Of a stretch of 64,000 bases of DNA, positions 46,851 to 60,830 are shown in pieces. The notes beneath the pieces were generated by a model that was given only the letters and a program-made list of their open reading frames with translations, was not told where the DNA came from and made no database searches. The translations under genes and the position numbers were made by a program. Positions within the stretch are counted from its first letter, which is position 1. Each line of letters opens with the position of its first letter. Where the stretch lies: contig NW_024704742.1 in assembly GCF_018977255.1 (NCBI RefSeq), positions 27,778,001 through 27,842,000 on the forward strand, written 5' to 3'. This DNA comes from Callorhinchus milii (lineage: Eukaryota).

Positions 46851-49719
46851 GACCCTCTTCACAAATACGTAGCGACTATGCTTCATAATCAATCCTGTGA
46901 AGCACTTTGAGACATCGTCCTGGCATGAAAGGACTTTTTTTATTATGAACCCCACCCCCCGACATCCGCAAAATGTTTGGATCTGAAACAAGCTCAATCC
47001 CGCACTCTACGAACGGAAACAGTACCAGGGAATTCTTCAGATGGAAACAGTGTGCCGAAGCCAAGAATGGAGAGAGGTTTCATCATCCCTAGCATGCATT
47101 TATATAGAACCCTTCACATGGGTATTGTCTCAGAACACTTTATCCCTAAATGTCAGTGCTGCTATTGTTTCCCATTGCAGGGGATCATGTTTCAATGCAA
47201 CTTAATGGAATACTAATCTAAATCAACTGCCACCACACACACAAGGATTTCCTTCCCATCAATATGGGCTTAATTCAGACTGAATCCCGTTATGAAGAGA
47301 ACACTTTTATAACCTCATGGCTCACCAGGTCTCCCTGATTACACAGTATGTTGGTGTGTTTTAAAGGTGGGAGAAGTCAGTAACATAATACTGTACGCTG
47401 TCCTTAAACACTGCCAAAATTGCTGGAACGATAAGTTGCAGACGATGATTGCTTTACAATGCATGGCATAGATTTTATTTTATTGATAGATTTATTTTTC
47501 AAGTATCCTGCTCTTTCGCATTAAGTGCAACCATTGGATTAAGGTTTTACTGGGCGTAGAGCTCTGCGGTGTTAGCTTCTCTGAGTGGATTTCCATAAAT
47601 ACTGCCATTTGGCATAATGCACAGTAGTCAGATTAAGGTTTTACCTGGAAGTATAGCTGTGTGTGCTTTATAGCCACTGTGAAACATCTCCCATTAGCAG
47701 TTGAATCTGATTATGAGGCTCAATCTGTTCCCAGTGACAAAACTCTGTGGGGACGGCACCAGCTCCATATGTACATTCAGCAGGGACTGCAACACTTATC
47801 ATTCCTTCTTGCAGAATAATATTACAGATGTCCCTGCTCTCTATTTTCTGTTACTTAGGGATTGCATCAGCTGGTACATGTTCCACCCTTGTATACCCAA
47901 AACAAGCAATCTGGCGCCAACCTTCTGTTTATTTAGTCAGCATAACTGAACCAGATAGAAATTATATGTCATTGACAGTGTTGATTTTTTACTGCATTAA
48001 TCATCATTAATGCTCAGCGTGATAAAAGGTTTATTAAAAAAAATGTTTATTCAGTAGTAATACGTGCCACTGTGCCAGTATGGTGGGAGGCTTTTCACAT
48101 GAATTGAACTCTACCTTTACACCTGACTTGGATTTTTTGCTTCATTCAAAGCATCTTTTACATGAGTAGGACATTAGTCACAGTGATTACCTTACAAATA
48201 TAAAAAAGTGAAATGATTCAAGTGTGCCTGGAAGATTCATTGCAGACACGTTCTGAACATCACAGAGGTCACTCCACACTTGACTGATTTGAATCATTAA
48301 CTAGAGTTTAGTGGGCATGCGGGCAAATTTTATTTCGGAACATTTTACTTTAATCAACGATCGTCTTCAGGCTAAAGAGACCTGACTCGGTGCATTACTG
48401 TCAAGAAATATCTGGAACAAGAGATGACTTGTCAAATGTGGATTCTTGTTTTGGGCGTTATAAGAGGAGGTTCTTATTTGAAAATAAAAACATGTTGAAA
48501 TGTACCGAAAAATTTCCCCCAGATTCGACACTTTAGGAAAAAGCTATACTAAGACGCTAACAAATTTGATTTGCTGCTTGATTCCAGTATTTATATTAGC
48601 TTTTTGTGCAACATGAGATCAACCTGACGACACTACCTGAATTTTTATATAAATGGTTTGAATTAATTGCATCGGAGATGCATACTGATCATTTTGGCAG
48701 TCTGTCAAATTAAAAAAAACACACAAAAAGAAGCTAAGGGGCACAAACAACCTTCCTTTGTCCTCGCTTGCTGCTGCAACAATATGCAGAGCAAATATTG
48801 AAAGTATAATCTGAATGGGGACTGCAGAAGAGTCCAACCCAACAACCTTGGCAATAGTCAGTTGCTTAAACTTCCCCTGACTAACCTTTCAGCCCGCTTT
48901 GCCCACTTCCTTCATGTTGTCCATGTGCACTACCGTCTCCATCTGTGACAGATGAATCCTTCCCAACCCCAGGAAGTGCTGCTTGCAGCCTTGGTCTTTT
49001 GCATCCATCAGCATTTCTCAGCTTGGTGCCATTCGCTTGCTCTACTCCAGCTGTCTTTCCACTAGACATTTACCGTGGTTGTAAAGTGCTATTTTAAAAA
49101 AAAAGACATATGGGGAAACACAATTCCGCATGTTCATTATGTAAAGGTCATGAAAACAAGACACTTTTCTGTCAAATGCTCCTATGTGACCAACAGAAAG
49201 AAGGAGCAGGGTTCTGCAATGGGACCCACCTGACAAACATAACAGAAGGTGTCTCTCTCACTCTAACAGAGAAAATTATCTAGTGGCTCCATGCCAGCAA
49301 TAAGAAATTATGTCTACCCTCAGATCCAGATGTTGGCAGAAGTTCACTTCACCATCCTCAATGAGGGTCTCGTTGCTAGTCCACCAATTCCAAACCTACA
49401 GCATTGACCTCCCAACTGGGTAACCTGAGTTCAAATCCCAGGCTCCGCTGATATCTGCTTTGGGGATTTCTCTGAGGAGGCATGTACGTCATTCATTGTA
49501 GTGTTAAATGTGAAGAGGTAAATATACCAGGAAGGAAAGGCTCTTCCATGCTGCATTATGTTGATCAAACAAGAAACAGTATTGATACCATCTTTGGTGT
49601 GTTTTCAGGAAGGGTCAATAAAATATATATCTAAATATATATATATCCGACGTGATGGCACTGCATCAAACGTAGGGATTATTATTATTATCATCTGACA
49701 AATACATGTATATACATAA

Positions 49720-49856
49720 GAGACACATTCACACTCATTCATACACATGCACATACACTAAGGCACACACACATGCACACCACACACACACAGAGACAGA
49801 AACATTCTCACACACACAAACGTGCACACACACACACACACACACACATTCACAGA
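49720..49856. repeat. (CA)n microsatellite / CA-rich low-complexity tract
   Basis: Visible cacacacaca runs. Confidence 0.95.
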
Positions 49857-50319
49857 GAAAAAAAGAAGTAAGAGTGCCACTGACTGAGCCAGGCTTCGTA
49901 AATGACATAGTATGACTACAAGTTGTTATTGTTTTCTCAGTGCAATATATTTTAAACCTTTTTATTGTAGTGACATCAACAAACTTGGTTAATTTGAAGA
50001 AATAATAACACCCTTCAATTTTATTACACCCAGTGCCTCAGGACATCCTCCAAGATAGTCCTTAAACAGTCAACTTTAATTCCAAAGGGTGGTTTATAAT
50101 CATCTTTTCAATCAAAATGCAAGGCTGGTTAAAAACCCGAATCGATTGACAAAATCTTTGCTTCTGATACTTTCTCATTCTTAACCTCAAGCCCTTGTTA
50201 CAAGTGAATCCCTTTGAAAGATTAAAAATTCCAGACATTAGAGCCATGAGCTGGAAGAACGATCACCAAGTCAACATGCATTCTTACGTGTCCCTGTTTT
50301 AATACACCAACAGGAGGAT

Positions 50320-50665
50320 AACAACAACAACAATCCTTGCGTTTGCTATAGGGCCTTATCACATCTTCGAGATGTATTAAAGCACTTCACAGGATATACT
50401 GTATTGTGAATTGATTGCATATTTGTGGGTAAAATGCAGCAGTGTCCCACAAATGTCTTGAATTTTTAAAAAATGTTTGAAGCAATTATTACCACGGGAA
50501 AAGCAATCTGCCAATCAACTAATAACCAGGTTCCTACTTAACTGTTAGTTAAACAGAGGCATGTGGCATAAGGAAACTTGCCTAACATTTCGCTCTGCCT
50601 GGGAATTGAATCCAGGTCCTCTAGCTTGCGAGGTGAGTGGTCTAACCACTGAGCTACAGGACTCC
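50320..50665 (-). mobile_element. SINE family A long form
   Basis: Ends 'gcttgcgaggtgagtggtctaaccactgagctacaggactcc' and contains 'ggttcctacttaactgttagttaaacagaggc'. Confidence 0.9.
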
Positions 50666-52554
50666 ATGAATGCTAGGATTAGGAGCACCTTGCTTAAGAG
50701 TATCCAAACTAGATTGGACTAAGAATTCAACATACATATGTGGTCTACACATAAATACTCCTGTGTCTGGAACTCAATGTGCATTCTCTCCCTGGAGAGA
50801 AGTGCCTTCTTTGCCTAATTCTGGAGAGTATTCGGCAAAGATTTGTGAGATTAAACACTTGGGGACACCAGAATGTATATTGGAATACTGCTGGAGTTCA
50901 ACCAGACAAAACCACATAGCTCTACTGTACATAGATAGATAACTGTCTGTAGTACCACAGTGTCCCAGCTTCCTTACCTCATTTTTTGTTAGTATCTCAA
51001 AGCCCCACATCCACTTCTGCATTGAGATTCAATGCAAATAAATGGATATAATAAAAATAATAATAATTCTTACATTTGGTACACAGCCTTCATCATTGGG
51101 ACCTCTTAAAGCTCGTCACAAAAAGAGGAAGGTGCATTTTGTAGTGAGGTTCGTCAGCAGATTTGCACACAGCAGTATCCCACAAACAGCCATGAAATCT
51201 ATGACCAATCTAATAATTGGGGAATTGCTGGCCAGGATATTGGGAGAAACTCCCTTCTGTTCATCTGGATAATTAGCACTGCTGTATTTAAACAACAATG
51301 AGCTTGTGGGAGACCTTATTTTACCTGATTCCCCGAATTTGTCACTTAAAATATTATAGATCCAGTGCATGTATATAGCATTGGGTTTTGCCATCTTTTT
51401 CATAGCAAGTCGCAGTTTCCAAAGAGAGCTCGGGGGCTAATATCAAGATCAAGAGCCCAACATTATCATGACGGTTTCAGAGCCAAGAGCTCTTTACCAC
51501 TGAAGCTCATTTCCTCAGTCAGTGCGAGATATAATATGCAAGTAGTATAAATGCGTAAATGAATGATGAGGATGTGTCTCGGCTTTTATTAACACTCAGA
51601 GGAATATGGTAGAATTTATGGGTCAAAATGAAAAATGTGCAATAAATCCTCCTGCCTTTAGGATTCATACAAGTGTGAGAGAGGTGCTACTAAGCAAGTG
51701 CTTTACATGGTTTCTCCATCAGTGAAGAAGTCATAAGCAAGAGGTGTCAAATCAGAGTTCATAACATAAGTTATAACCTGTTATAATGTGATGGTTTGGG
51801 TCCATAAATTAGGACCCTGTGTTATAGCAGGTATAGTGATCGCTGGTCAGCAGATAACTAATGGCATCACCCCTGACGTCAGTGATCTTAGCGAGGGTTT
51901 GCGTAGGTTGCTGGGACAGTGAGAGGCCTCTGTGCGCTATAAGTTGGAATCCAGATATGTAGCATATTTTCAGTCCAAGGTGCACCTGCACTATATGCAG
52001 TCCTGCAATATTATAATAATAATAATCCTTGCATTTGCATTATCATGTCGTTGGAGACATCTCAAAGCACTTCACAAAATGTACTGTAAAATAAATTGAC
52101 TGTATATTTTACGTATTTTATCATATAAAACATTTTATATGTTATAATTGACTGTATATAATGGAGGCCTTACTGTAAACTATCTGGCGTTGATTCAGAC
52201 TTTATCCTGAATATCAATCTGATCATATTTAACCGTGATTTAAATCTAAGCTAGTAAGAGAAGCTGAAGGTTCTTCTTCAACATACCTTTATTGTGATCT
52301 TGTAAACTTTTTTTGTACAAAAGTGCAGCACAGAATAGTGATTGACAGTGGGTTAGAATGCTTCACTTTCATGCATTGTCATAGCGGCAAAAATGAAACG
52401 TATTTTTGTTTCCCCACAATTCCCCTCCTAACCTGACTGCTCCCTCCATTCAGCAAACACTGGTTTACTTAATGACTCCCTACATGATCAGCCCCACTGT
52501 GGGTGGTAAATATTTCAGCCGTTCTGCATTTTGCAACCCCTTCCAAGAGTTCCG

Positions 52555-52737
52555 CTGACTTATTCACAACGCTCCCACTTTTAAAGCCCTTCTCAAGACT
52601 TACTCTTTGATTGTGCTTTAGGTCATCTTTCTCTTCAGCCTCCCCCTCCCAGTCTTGGGTGTCTAGTTGTATAAAGCACCTTGAAACATCCTCTTGACGT
52701 GAAAAGCGCTATGCAAATATAAATTGTATTGCGTTGT
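52555..52737 (+). mobile_element. L2 3' end
   Basis: 'tttaaagcccttctcaagacttactctttga...catcctcttgacgtgaaaagcgctatgcaaatataaattgtattg'. Confidence 0.75.
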
Positions 52738-54824
52738 ATAAGAACTTGGTTGAACACAACTTCAGAAAGGCAAAATCCCTTTAAGGAAAAGTTAGTAAAG
52801 ATAAAGTGGGCTCATAGCTAATTACAACTCTTGCTAATTACAACTTCTTTTTCCTTTTCCATCATCTAATTACAGAAAATAATTATTTTGCGGTGACGTG
52901 ACAGAGAACCATTGACCCAGTTCTCCTCTTTCCCTGGTGTTAGTAGCCTTGTATTGGGTGCAAGGAACATTGGATTTGTATGTTGGCAGAAAATTGCGAG
53001 ATTCTCCTCTGATTTTGACATTAATTGGTATTTTGTGTGTACTTGTAAAAAATCTCAGCACATCATATAAATCTTAGGGAAATTAATGCCAATGGGATGG
53101 TAATAACTTACAGGCTTAATTTTATAACCTCCTCATTCTGAGTATCAGTGATAAGCTTTACACAACAGCAGAATAAACAGCGGGAAGTGCAAAGAGCTGC
53201 AGAGAGCATCGTCAGGATACTGAGGTGATTAACTGATTGAAGAAGTCCTTTAGAACAATCATTTCGGGCCCCCTACTATTCTCCTGTGGAGAAAAATAGT
53301 CAGTTAGATTAATAGAATTTATCGAGCCCAGAGAGGTGGGAGCCTGGTTGTTAGCATTTTACTGCTCTGGAGCCAGATAAAACAAAATGTTGCTGCTACA
53401 TGAAGGTGACTGGAGATGGATCTAATGCTATGGAGGAAACCCGAATGACTGAGCAAGGAACTGTCTTGCAGCTTGCCACAAAGAGTGTAATTGTGTGGAA
53501 AGGGACAAATGAGGATCCCCACAGTTGCATCTAACCATGATTTTCTTGCAAATAATTACACTTGTTTGGTAGTCATTTTGGTTGGCAGTAGTAAATGTTC
53601 TGGCCAACAATTGACCCATAGAAGCATAGAAATTTATGACACAGAAGATCTATCTTTCCGATCGCGGTTTTGGTCACCTGCTCCCCCCCAAGTCCTTGCG
53701 ATGTGAAAGACGCTGTAAAAATGTAAAACTGTTTATTATTCCTGTGTGTAAATTGGCTGTCGTGTTAGCCTACAAAACAATTCACCGTCCTTACACTTTA
53801 TAGTAAATGCTGTCAAGTGCTTTTAAATTCCTCCTGAAATATCAATTACAGGGATTATTATTATGATTTTAATGTGTGTAAGTTACTACAGGATATCAAA
53901 AGCAAACTACTATGTAAAAATGGAAACCTGAGTGTACAAAAGAGTGTTTTTTTCAAACAAGTACACGATGGGCCGAATGATCTTCTTCTCCAGGGTAAAA
54001 TCTAGCAGGATTACTTAGAAGAGAAAATATTTCCCTTGACTTTCCTTTCCCTTTAATGTACATGGGGTGGAGGAAATGCAGTGTATTATTATTACTATTA
54101 TTGTTGTCTTATGCGATAATACGTCAATATGTAATAATTCATTCTATCACTTACCACATCGTATATTTGGAGGGTCTAACAATTTTTTTAAAAAGTCTTA
54201 TGTTTAATACAACACCTTTCATGTCGGGCAGGATGTCTCAATCTCTTCACAGGAAATACTAAAAAGTGAAGTGACTGTATTTTCTAAGTGAATGCAGCAA
54301 CCAATTTGTGCACATCAATATCCCATGTACAGCCATGAAGTGAATGACCAATTTTATTTATCAAAAGAGCATCTCGTTCATGAAAAAACATGTGTTTGCA
54401 TAAACATAGTGTGATAACACAAATGGCAAAATACTTCATGCTGCTGTTTCTGCACGACATAATGATAGCAATAACAGCTCTCTGCAAAACCAAAATTTGC
54501 TAATTTGTCTTCATGCTGTCAGTGCCCTTTAAAGAAAGAGCCTGTCAGTACACTATTTAAACATTAGTTACAAAGGTTTATGATTAATTTACACAAAGAT
54601 GTCGCTATCAGCACTTGCTGTTTTAGAACAGATAGGGGCGGATGCATTATTGTAATCAACAACAAATGTGGCGAATAGATGTTCTTGAAACCTGTCCTTA
54701 ACAATAGCCTTGGAAGGAGAGTAGCCCTGCAGAAGACTCAATATGTGCATTCTGTAATTTTTAAGTATCAATATAGCCTCTTTTATTTCCAGTCACAAGA
54801 GCAATGTTTCAGTACTGACCCTAC

Positions 54825-55398
54825 CGATTGTAGACGTTTACACCGCAGTCAGAGATCATTTGGACCATCATGCTTGTTCTTACCCCCTGAACGAATTATT
54901 CCTTCCTTCCCATCCTTCTGCCTTTTGCCTAAACCCTTTCCCATTTATCCTTTTCAGCTGTGTATCTGATTCCATCTTAAAAGCTAAATACAGATTCTGG
55001 CTCAATCACAGATCCCTTAACAAATCTGTGTGTAAAATAAATTCTCTCAATCTCCCCTTTTTGGTCATTTGGTAATTCCCTTAAAGTTTATGTTAAAATT
55101 AAGCTTATGCCTACGGAAGCAGCAAACGCTGGCTATTGGTGTGAAGAACTGAAGGTGACTGGTGAAAACACAAAGGGCTGTAGAAATGTAAAGTTCACTA
55201 CCCCAAAAGGCTATAGATACCTGGTCAATTGAAATATTTAAGAGAGTAGGAGGTGAATATTTGGTAAACAGGGGTATCGAGGGATATTCTGAAACAGCAG
55301 GAATATGGCATCAACTTAGAGATCATCGATGATCGAATGAAATGGTGGAGCTGGGCTGAACAGGCTGAATGGTCAACTCCTGTTCCTATCTTCTTGTA
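54825..55398. mobile_element. Two CR1 3' fragments in opposite orientation (about 54825-55110 minus, about 55160-55398 plus)
   Basis: 'gagatcatttggaccatcatgcttgttct' (minus-strand terminus) and 'gatcgaatgaaatggtggagctgggctgaacaggctgaatggtcaactcctgttcctatcttcttg' (plus-strand terminus). Confidence 0.65.
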
Positions 55399-56207
55399 CT
55401 CCAGCAGATGACATAACCCGATGAGAGTAAAACTGAATTAGGGTGAAGCGGTGAATTCAAAAATAGTTGTATGGGTTTGGGTCAGGTAAAAGCTATTTAT
55501 CTGAATTCCAAGTCATTGCAACAAGTGGGAGATTGCTACTAAATAATAGAGGACAGTTTAGAGAACAAAGATTCCTGCAGTGATAATTGACAATAACCCT
55601 GATATCAAAATACTCTGAGCAGTCACTGCTAACATCACTGTGCTAATCCTGATAACCAATAAAAATCTATTATGCAAAGATGGAAGCCTCCATCTCCATG
55701 GGGAAGGTAAGGATAGACAGATGTTTATGTTGCTTGTCAGTTGGAGCAGGCTCTTGAAGAGGGAACCTTACCATCAGGACACCTTTTTGAAAATGAAAAC
55801 AATTTGTATTTATCGCAATACCAAATACAATAGGTTAAAATTAACACAAAGGTTGAATTCCATTATTGCCTCATGATATCTCAGGTAACTTGTATGTAAG
55901 TCCCAAGGGAACCAAAACTGTTTATAGATTTAAAAGAAAAATTGTCTCGCTTGATACACGACCAGCAGTCCAAGGTGTTTGATGAATGTGGCTGGTTGGT
56001 AATTACCTTCTATTATCCCATTGAGTGTCATATGGATGTAATTTACATGGATGTTATCCCAGGGTTAAGTATATCAAGCTATTAATTTTCAGAAAGAACA
56101 CAGGCTGTTGCTACCTGAATATTTGAGTTTTTTAAGGACTGAACAGCACCTCAATAAATGTGCAAGTGAAGATTTTCATTCTGCATGTCGTAGATTAATT
56201 TTCTTTT

Positions 56208-56432
56208 TGGTCAGCCTGGTGTCTGACACATGCTTAACCCATCACCATGCTTAAGTGTATATAACAACAACTTGGATTTATATAGCGCCCTCCACGCCGG
56301 AGGGCGTCTCAGAGCGCTTTACAGATTCGGATCCCAGGACCAAACCAGGGGGAGGGGGGGATATCCCAGACTGAGAGTTCCATGCATGTAAACATGCAAA
56401 CTTCCCCGTGTTTGGAATCAAAAGCACACTCT
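56208..56432 (+). repeat. Family X copy 4, interrupted by a minus-strand L2-type tail (about 56262-56360)
   Basis: 'ggtgtctgacacatgcttaacccatcaccatgcttaag' ... 'ccagactgagagttccatgcatgtaaacatgcaaacttcccc'. Confidence 0.65.
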
Positions 56433-57099
56433 GTTATCTTTCCCTCGAGCCTTTTGTGGTTCTTGGATCATAATAACACTTGCATTTGATATGACGCCTT
56501 ATCATGTCATTGAGACATCTTAAAACACTTCAAAAGATACTGCAAAGTGGATCATGGGCATTTTTGCATTTTGTGGGAAAAACTCAGCAGTCAATTTGCA
56601 CACAGCAATGTCCACAAACAGCCATGGAGTGAGTGACCAATTTTATTTGAGAGATTGCTGGCCAGGTCAGCAATAGAATTCCTTAAACTCCAATCCCTTT
56701 CTTCCCAACATTGAGAAAATAGTTGAACCTTTTCTTGTTTGTGGCACAGGCATTGAGCCAATCACCCTGAGGCTCACATTATCTCAGGACTGGGCCGATT
56801 ATCTTTGATCATCATTAGTAACAGAAAGCATAGTTTTCTTGTGCCCTTCATGCAAGTCTTGCCTTGGAGATTTGTCTTGAAGATTTGGAGACCTATAATT
56901 AGATTATTATTAATATATATTATATATCTGATCAGAGTTCATCAACCCCAGCAGCACATTTTTCTATCTGCTTGCTGAAATCCTTATTGTATAGTGTATA
57001 TCCTCTATTTGGCAAATATAAAGTGATAGTTCACCCAGTTCAATAGATCCTATCCGTTTTTTAGGTGAGATGGAGGGCATTTTACTGAACGCTTTCAAC

Positions 57100-57299
57100 T
57101 TAATAATCCCTCAAGAAAAAAAAAGCAATAACGATTTGGTCACTCAATCCACGACTGTTTGTGGGACACTGCTGTGCGCAATTGACTGCCGCATTTCACT
57201 CACAATACAGTCAATTCACTTTACAGTCTATTCTGCGAAGCGCTTTGAGACGTCTAGAAGACGTGAAAAACACTATATCAAATGCAAGAATTATTATTA
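57100..57299 (+). mobile_element. SINE family A, 5'-truncated, low divergence
   Basis: 'ggtcactcaatccacgactgtttgtgggacactgctgtgcgcaattg...gcgctttgagacgtctagaagacgtgaaaa...aaatgcaagaattattatt'. Confidence 0.9.
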
Positions 57300-57529
57300 A
57301 TGACACCAATTCATCCTTTAAATTGTATACACTCTCCTATTGTACAACTACTATTTCCAGGGTTCTCGATCATTCCCTCCATCTCAAAAGGCTGAATAGA
57401 CGTTCTCTTACAGGGGTATTTTGATAATATCCCTTTGTGCTGGGTTTATATACTGTAAAATAATGTAACAGTATATTTTGTTGGTAAAGTGAGTGTATTT
57501 GTGTGTATTTTGTGGGCAAAGTGAGTATA

Positions 57530-58200
57530 CTTATGCATATTTTGTGAGCTGTAAAGAAGGAAATGAGGCAGAGAGATGTAGGGAGAGAGTTCCAGAGAGC
57601 GAGGGCAAGGTTACTAAAACTTGCCATGGGCAGAAATGTTTGATAATGGTTGAGCAAGAAGTGGGAGGTACATATAAAAGAGTCCGTTTTTTTAGGAGGC
57701 ATTTGAAGACTTGGAGAGTTAGTCAATTTAAGTCGTTTCTATAACGAATAGGCTGAAATAGTGTCTTCTGATGAAGAAGCAGAGGGAATGGGGATTAACC
57801 AGAGTCAGCAAATTACAAGTCTCTGGTTGGGAGATTACACAATTAGGGCAGAACAAGGGCATTGATTATAGAGATGATCCATGGAAGTTCAGATAGCCAG
57901 TGGAGCTTGGCAAGAACAGAGTAACGTGTGAAACCTTGCACAAAAGAGGTCTTGGGGCCATGGAGTTTTGATTAGTTAAAAACGTATAAATGATGGAGCT
58001 GGAGAGATTGGTGAGAATGACATTAGAGTGATTAAGCCTAGCAATGACAAAGGTGCTGTTAGAGATGTCAGCAACAGACGCCCTGCAATCATCAGGTAGG
58101 GGATAAACAGGGAATTTTGTGGAGGTGGGTCAAGGCACAGATTAGCTGTTGGCTTGAAACTCATTTTGGTGTCCACAAGAATACTATGATTATTCACCTT
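57530..58200 (-). mobile_element. Degenerate L2 fragments
   Basis: Track ORF 57370..57726 contains FSNLALALWNSLPTSL, matching the L2 terminal motif F...AP.LWNSLP..L. The downstream 'agccagtggagc' and 'gtgattaagcctagcaatgac' segments are L2-like. Confidence 0.6.
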
Positions 58201-58885
58201 TCGTTTCAGGTTGAGCAAAAAACAAGGCAAGTTAATGGAATTGCAGCAAGTGGTATGAAAAGGCTGGTGAAAGCGTTAATCCAGCCAACATTGTGCAGTA
58301 AAAACTATGACTCATTTAAGACTTGTAACTGACTGTCAAGAAGGCCAGCAAAGTAAGCTAGGTGAATACTTGGTTAAAAATACAAAGGAATAATAAAGAT
58401 AAGTTTTCAGGTATTAGATCCTGCTTGAAGGGCACGATATACAGGGCAATCAAAACGTTGTGATACCATTGCAATGTCTAATAAGTCTTAAAGAAATTAT
58501 AATTTTTTTTTGGTTAATAGGGTAGTTATTGCGATTTTTTGGTTGTTAAAGTTGTTGGTGGTGGTGGCTCTCTAGTTGATGGAATCTTGGAAATGTCATG
58601 CCAGATGTTTGAGGAGGGTGTTTGAGGAGGGTACATGATTAATTGGCTGTTGTGCAGTTTTACTTGGTTTGACTCAGGGGAGGGGGATGAGTAGCAGGGA
58701 AAAAAAATTGCTACAAATTGGTTGTCATATTTGCCTTATACACAGTCATTTCACACTCTTTACAGTAAAACTCTGTAATACACTTTCAGGAATCTTGGCA
58801 GCAGGAGCTGTTATCACATTTAAGAATTGTGGTTATTATTGTTAAGAGTTGATAAAGTAATAGATTATGCATTTTTTTGGGGGGG

Positions 58886-59030
58886 GGTCAGGCGTATGTT
58901 TGACACATGTGGAAATCCGTCACCATGCTTAAGAATTTCCAAACCAACTGAGGGCTCTACATATGCATTTCGTTCACACGTGTGAATTCCCATGGCAACA
59001 ATGGAATACACACTCCCAACAGAGGGACGG
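58886..59030 (+). repeat. Family X copy 5
   Basis: 'tgtttgacacatgtggaaatccgtcaccatgcttaagaatttccaaaccaactgagg...ggaatacacactcccaacagagggac'. Confidence 0.65.
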
Positions 59031-60830
59031 ACATACCCTACTTAACTAACTCTGGGTACTATTTAGCCCAAGACTTGGGGACCCCAGAGAGTTGGATTTT
59101 TATAGTAAACCTTACATTTGATATTGCATCTTATCACATTGTTGAGGCATCTCAAAGCACTTAATAGAATATATTATAAAGTGGATTGACTGTGCATTTT
59201 ATGGGCGAATTGCTGAAGTTTCCCCTGATAAAACCGATCATTCACCTCATGGCTGTTTGTGCAACATTGCAACATACTCAAATTGGCTGTGACATTCATC
59301 AACACATACACAGTCACTACTTTTTACAAGAAATGCTTTGAACTGCTTTGAGACATTTTGATAATATGATAAGGCGCTATATCAACTTCAAGGAATATTT
59401 CATTTTTCATAATCCTTTCAAGATGGTCACTGCACTCTGTACACCCTGGAACTCCACAAAAAGCTGCGATCCATTGTTAGGCCAAAATCAATTTAATTAT
59501 AGAAAGAGTTGAACATTATGAAAATGTAAAACTCATTTTGTTTTATGGTAAAACATGTTTATTTTGGAAGTTTTACTTTGAACACCAACAACTGGCATTT
59601 ATATGGAGTTCTTCATTTAGGGAAATGTCTTGGAATGCCTCAGCCTAGTGGAGTTAGATGCTGAGTTAGAAAGATGAAGGTGACCGTGAACATGGTCAAA
59701 AACAGCAACAACTTGCATTTATATGGCGCCCTTCACTGTGATGGAGTCTGACAACCAGCAAAAGGGGGAGGTGGGGGGAACATCAACTTTAAGTTGTTAT
59801 TTGAAAATAGATGGGGGGGTTAAGGGTGAGTTGGGTGGTAGAGTCAGTGAGCTCCAGAGGTGATGGTGTACATACTGAAACAACAAAAATACGTTGTCCA
59901 TATTGTGATGTTTCATCTATCGTAGGGCCTGAAAACAAGACTGCCAATTAAAAGACTGCATGCATTACACGTTTGGCTGCNTTTTTTTTGAGTCAACGGA
60001 GGTTAGAAGCAGTATATTCAAATCTCACTCTATTAATGAGGATGCGACAATGAAGTACGTGCGACAATCGAGTATGTGCGTTTGCTTTCTTCTGATTGTT
60101 TTTTATCTTACCAGAAAGCAGCAAGACTCCGGTATTGCATGCATTCATCTGTGTGAGATTTCAACGGTTGTAGAACAGTAATGAATTGCATTTTAAAAAA
60201 ATCAAGTCTGCTAAGCAGGTCATATTTTCATACAGAGCAACTCTGTATCAGCAACACTTATAAGGCTGCAAAAGGGAACCATGGCTGCTTAAGCTTGACT
60301 GAAAATACGAAGGGAGGGTGGCTATTTTCAGGCAGTTTCCCTGATCCCTGAACCTTCTTGAACTTTAAGGGTTGTCATAGAAATCAGCAAACTCCGCAAA
60401 TGTAATACTGAAATGTTGAGTGTAATGGACTGGAAGGAAATCTGAGTGAATTGAATGGAATGCCGATGCCACTTAAGGACCAAATACTGGGAAGCATTTT
60501 TGTTGCTTTGGAGATTTTTCGTAAGCGATGTTTCCTGCTTGTATTGGCACATTTTGTTCGATTACGCACCTAAAGAGGACCACAATGCCCAATAATAACA
60601 GTGTAAAACAGTTCTGTTAGTACCAAGGTGCCAAAAAGCCTAACAGTGACAATGTTTAAAAAAAATAGATGAGGACCAACCAATAATAATAATAATAACC
60701 CTTGCATTTGATATGTCGCCTTATTGTGTCATTGAGACATCTCAAAGCGGTTCACAGAATATACTGTAAAGTGAATTTGTCTGTATATTTTTGTGGCGAC
60801 TTCTTTCAAGGAAAATATATAATATATATT

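Noticed and set aside
48371..48536. Open frame LKRPD...DDLSNVDSCFGRYKRRFLFENKNML, loosely like the next DIAPH FH2 exon ([22 protein letters not shown])
   Set aside because: It lacks the conserved Trp, the acceptor gives the wrong phase for a phase-0 junction, and the frame ends in a stop without a good donor. Probably chance; an FH2 HMM scan would settle it.
57070..57424. Recurrent peptides ([44 protein letters not shown]) in many short ORFs
   Set aside because: These are translations of the same non-coding SINE body and tail, not a protein family.
58211..58253. 43-nt micro-exon-like segment (ttcgtttcag|...|gtatga)
   Set aside because: Not frame-preserving, adjacent to L2 debris, and no resemblance to DIAPH that I can recognise.
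59981..59981. Single ambiguous base 'n' before a T run
   Set aside because: Sequencing or assembly ambiguity at a homopolymer, not biology.
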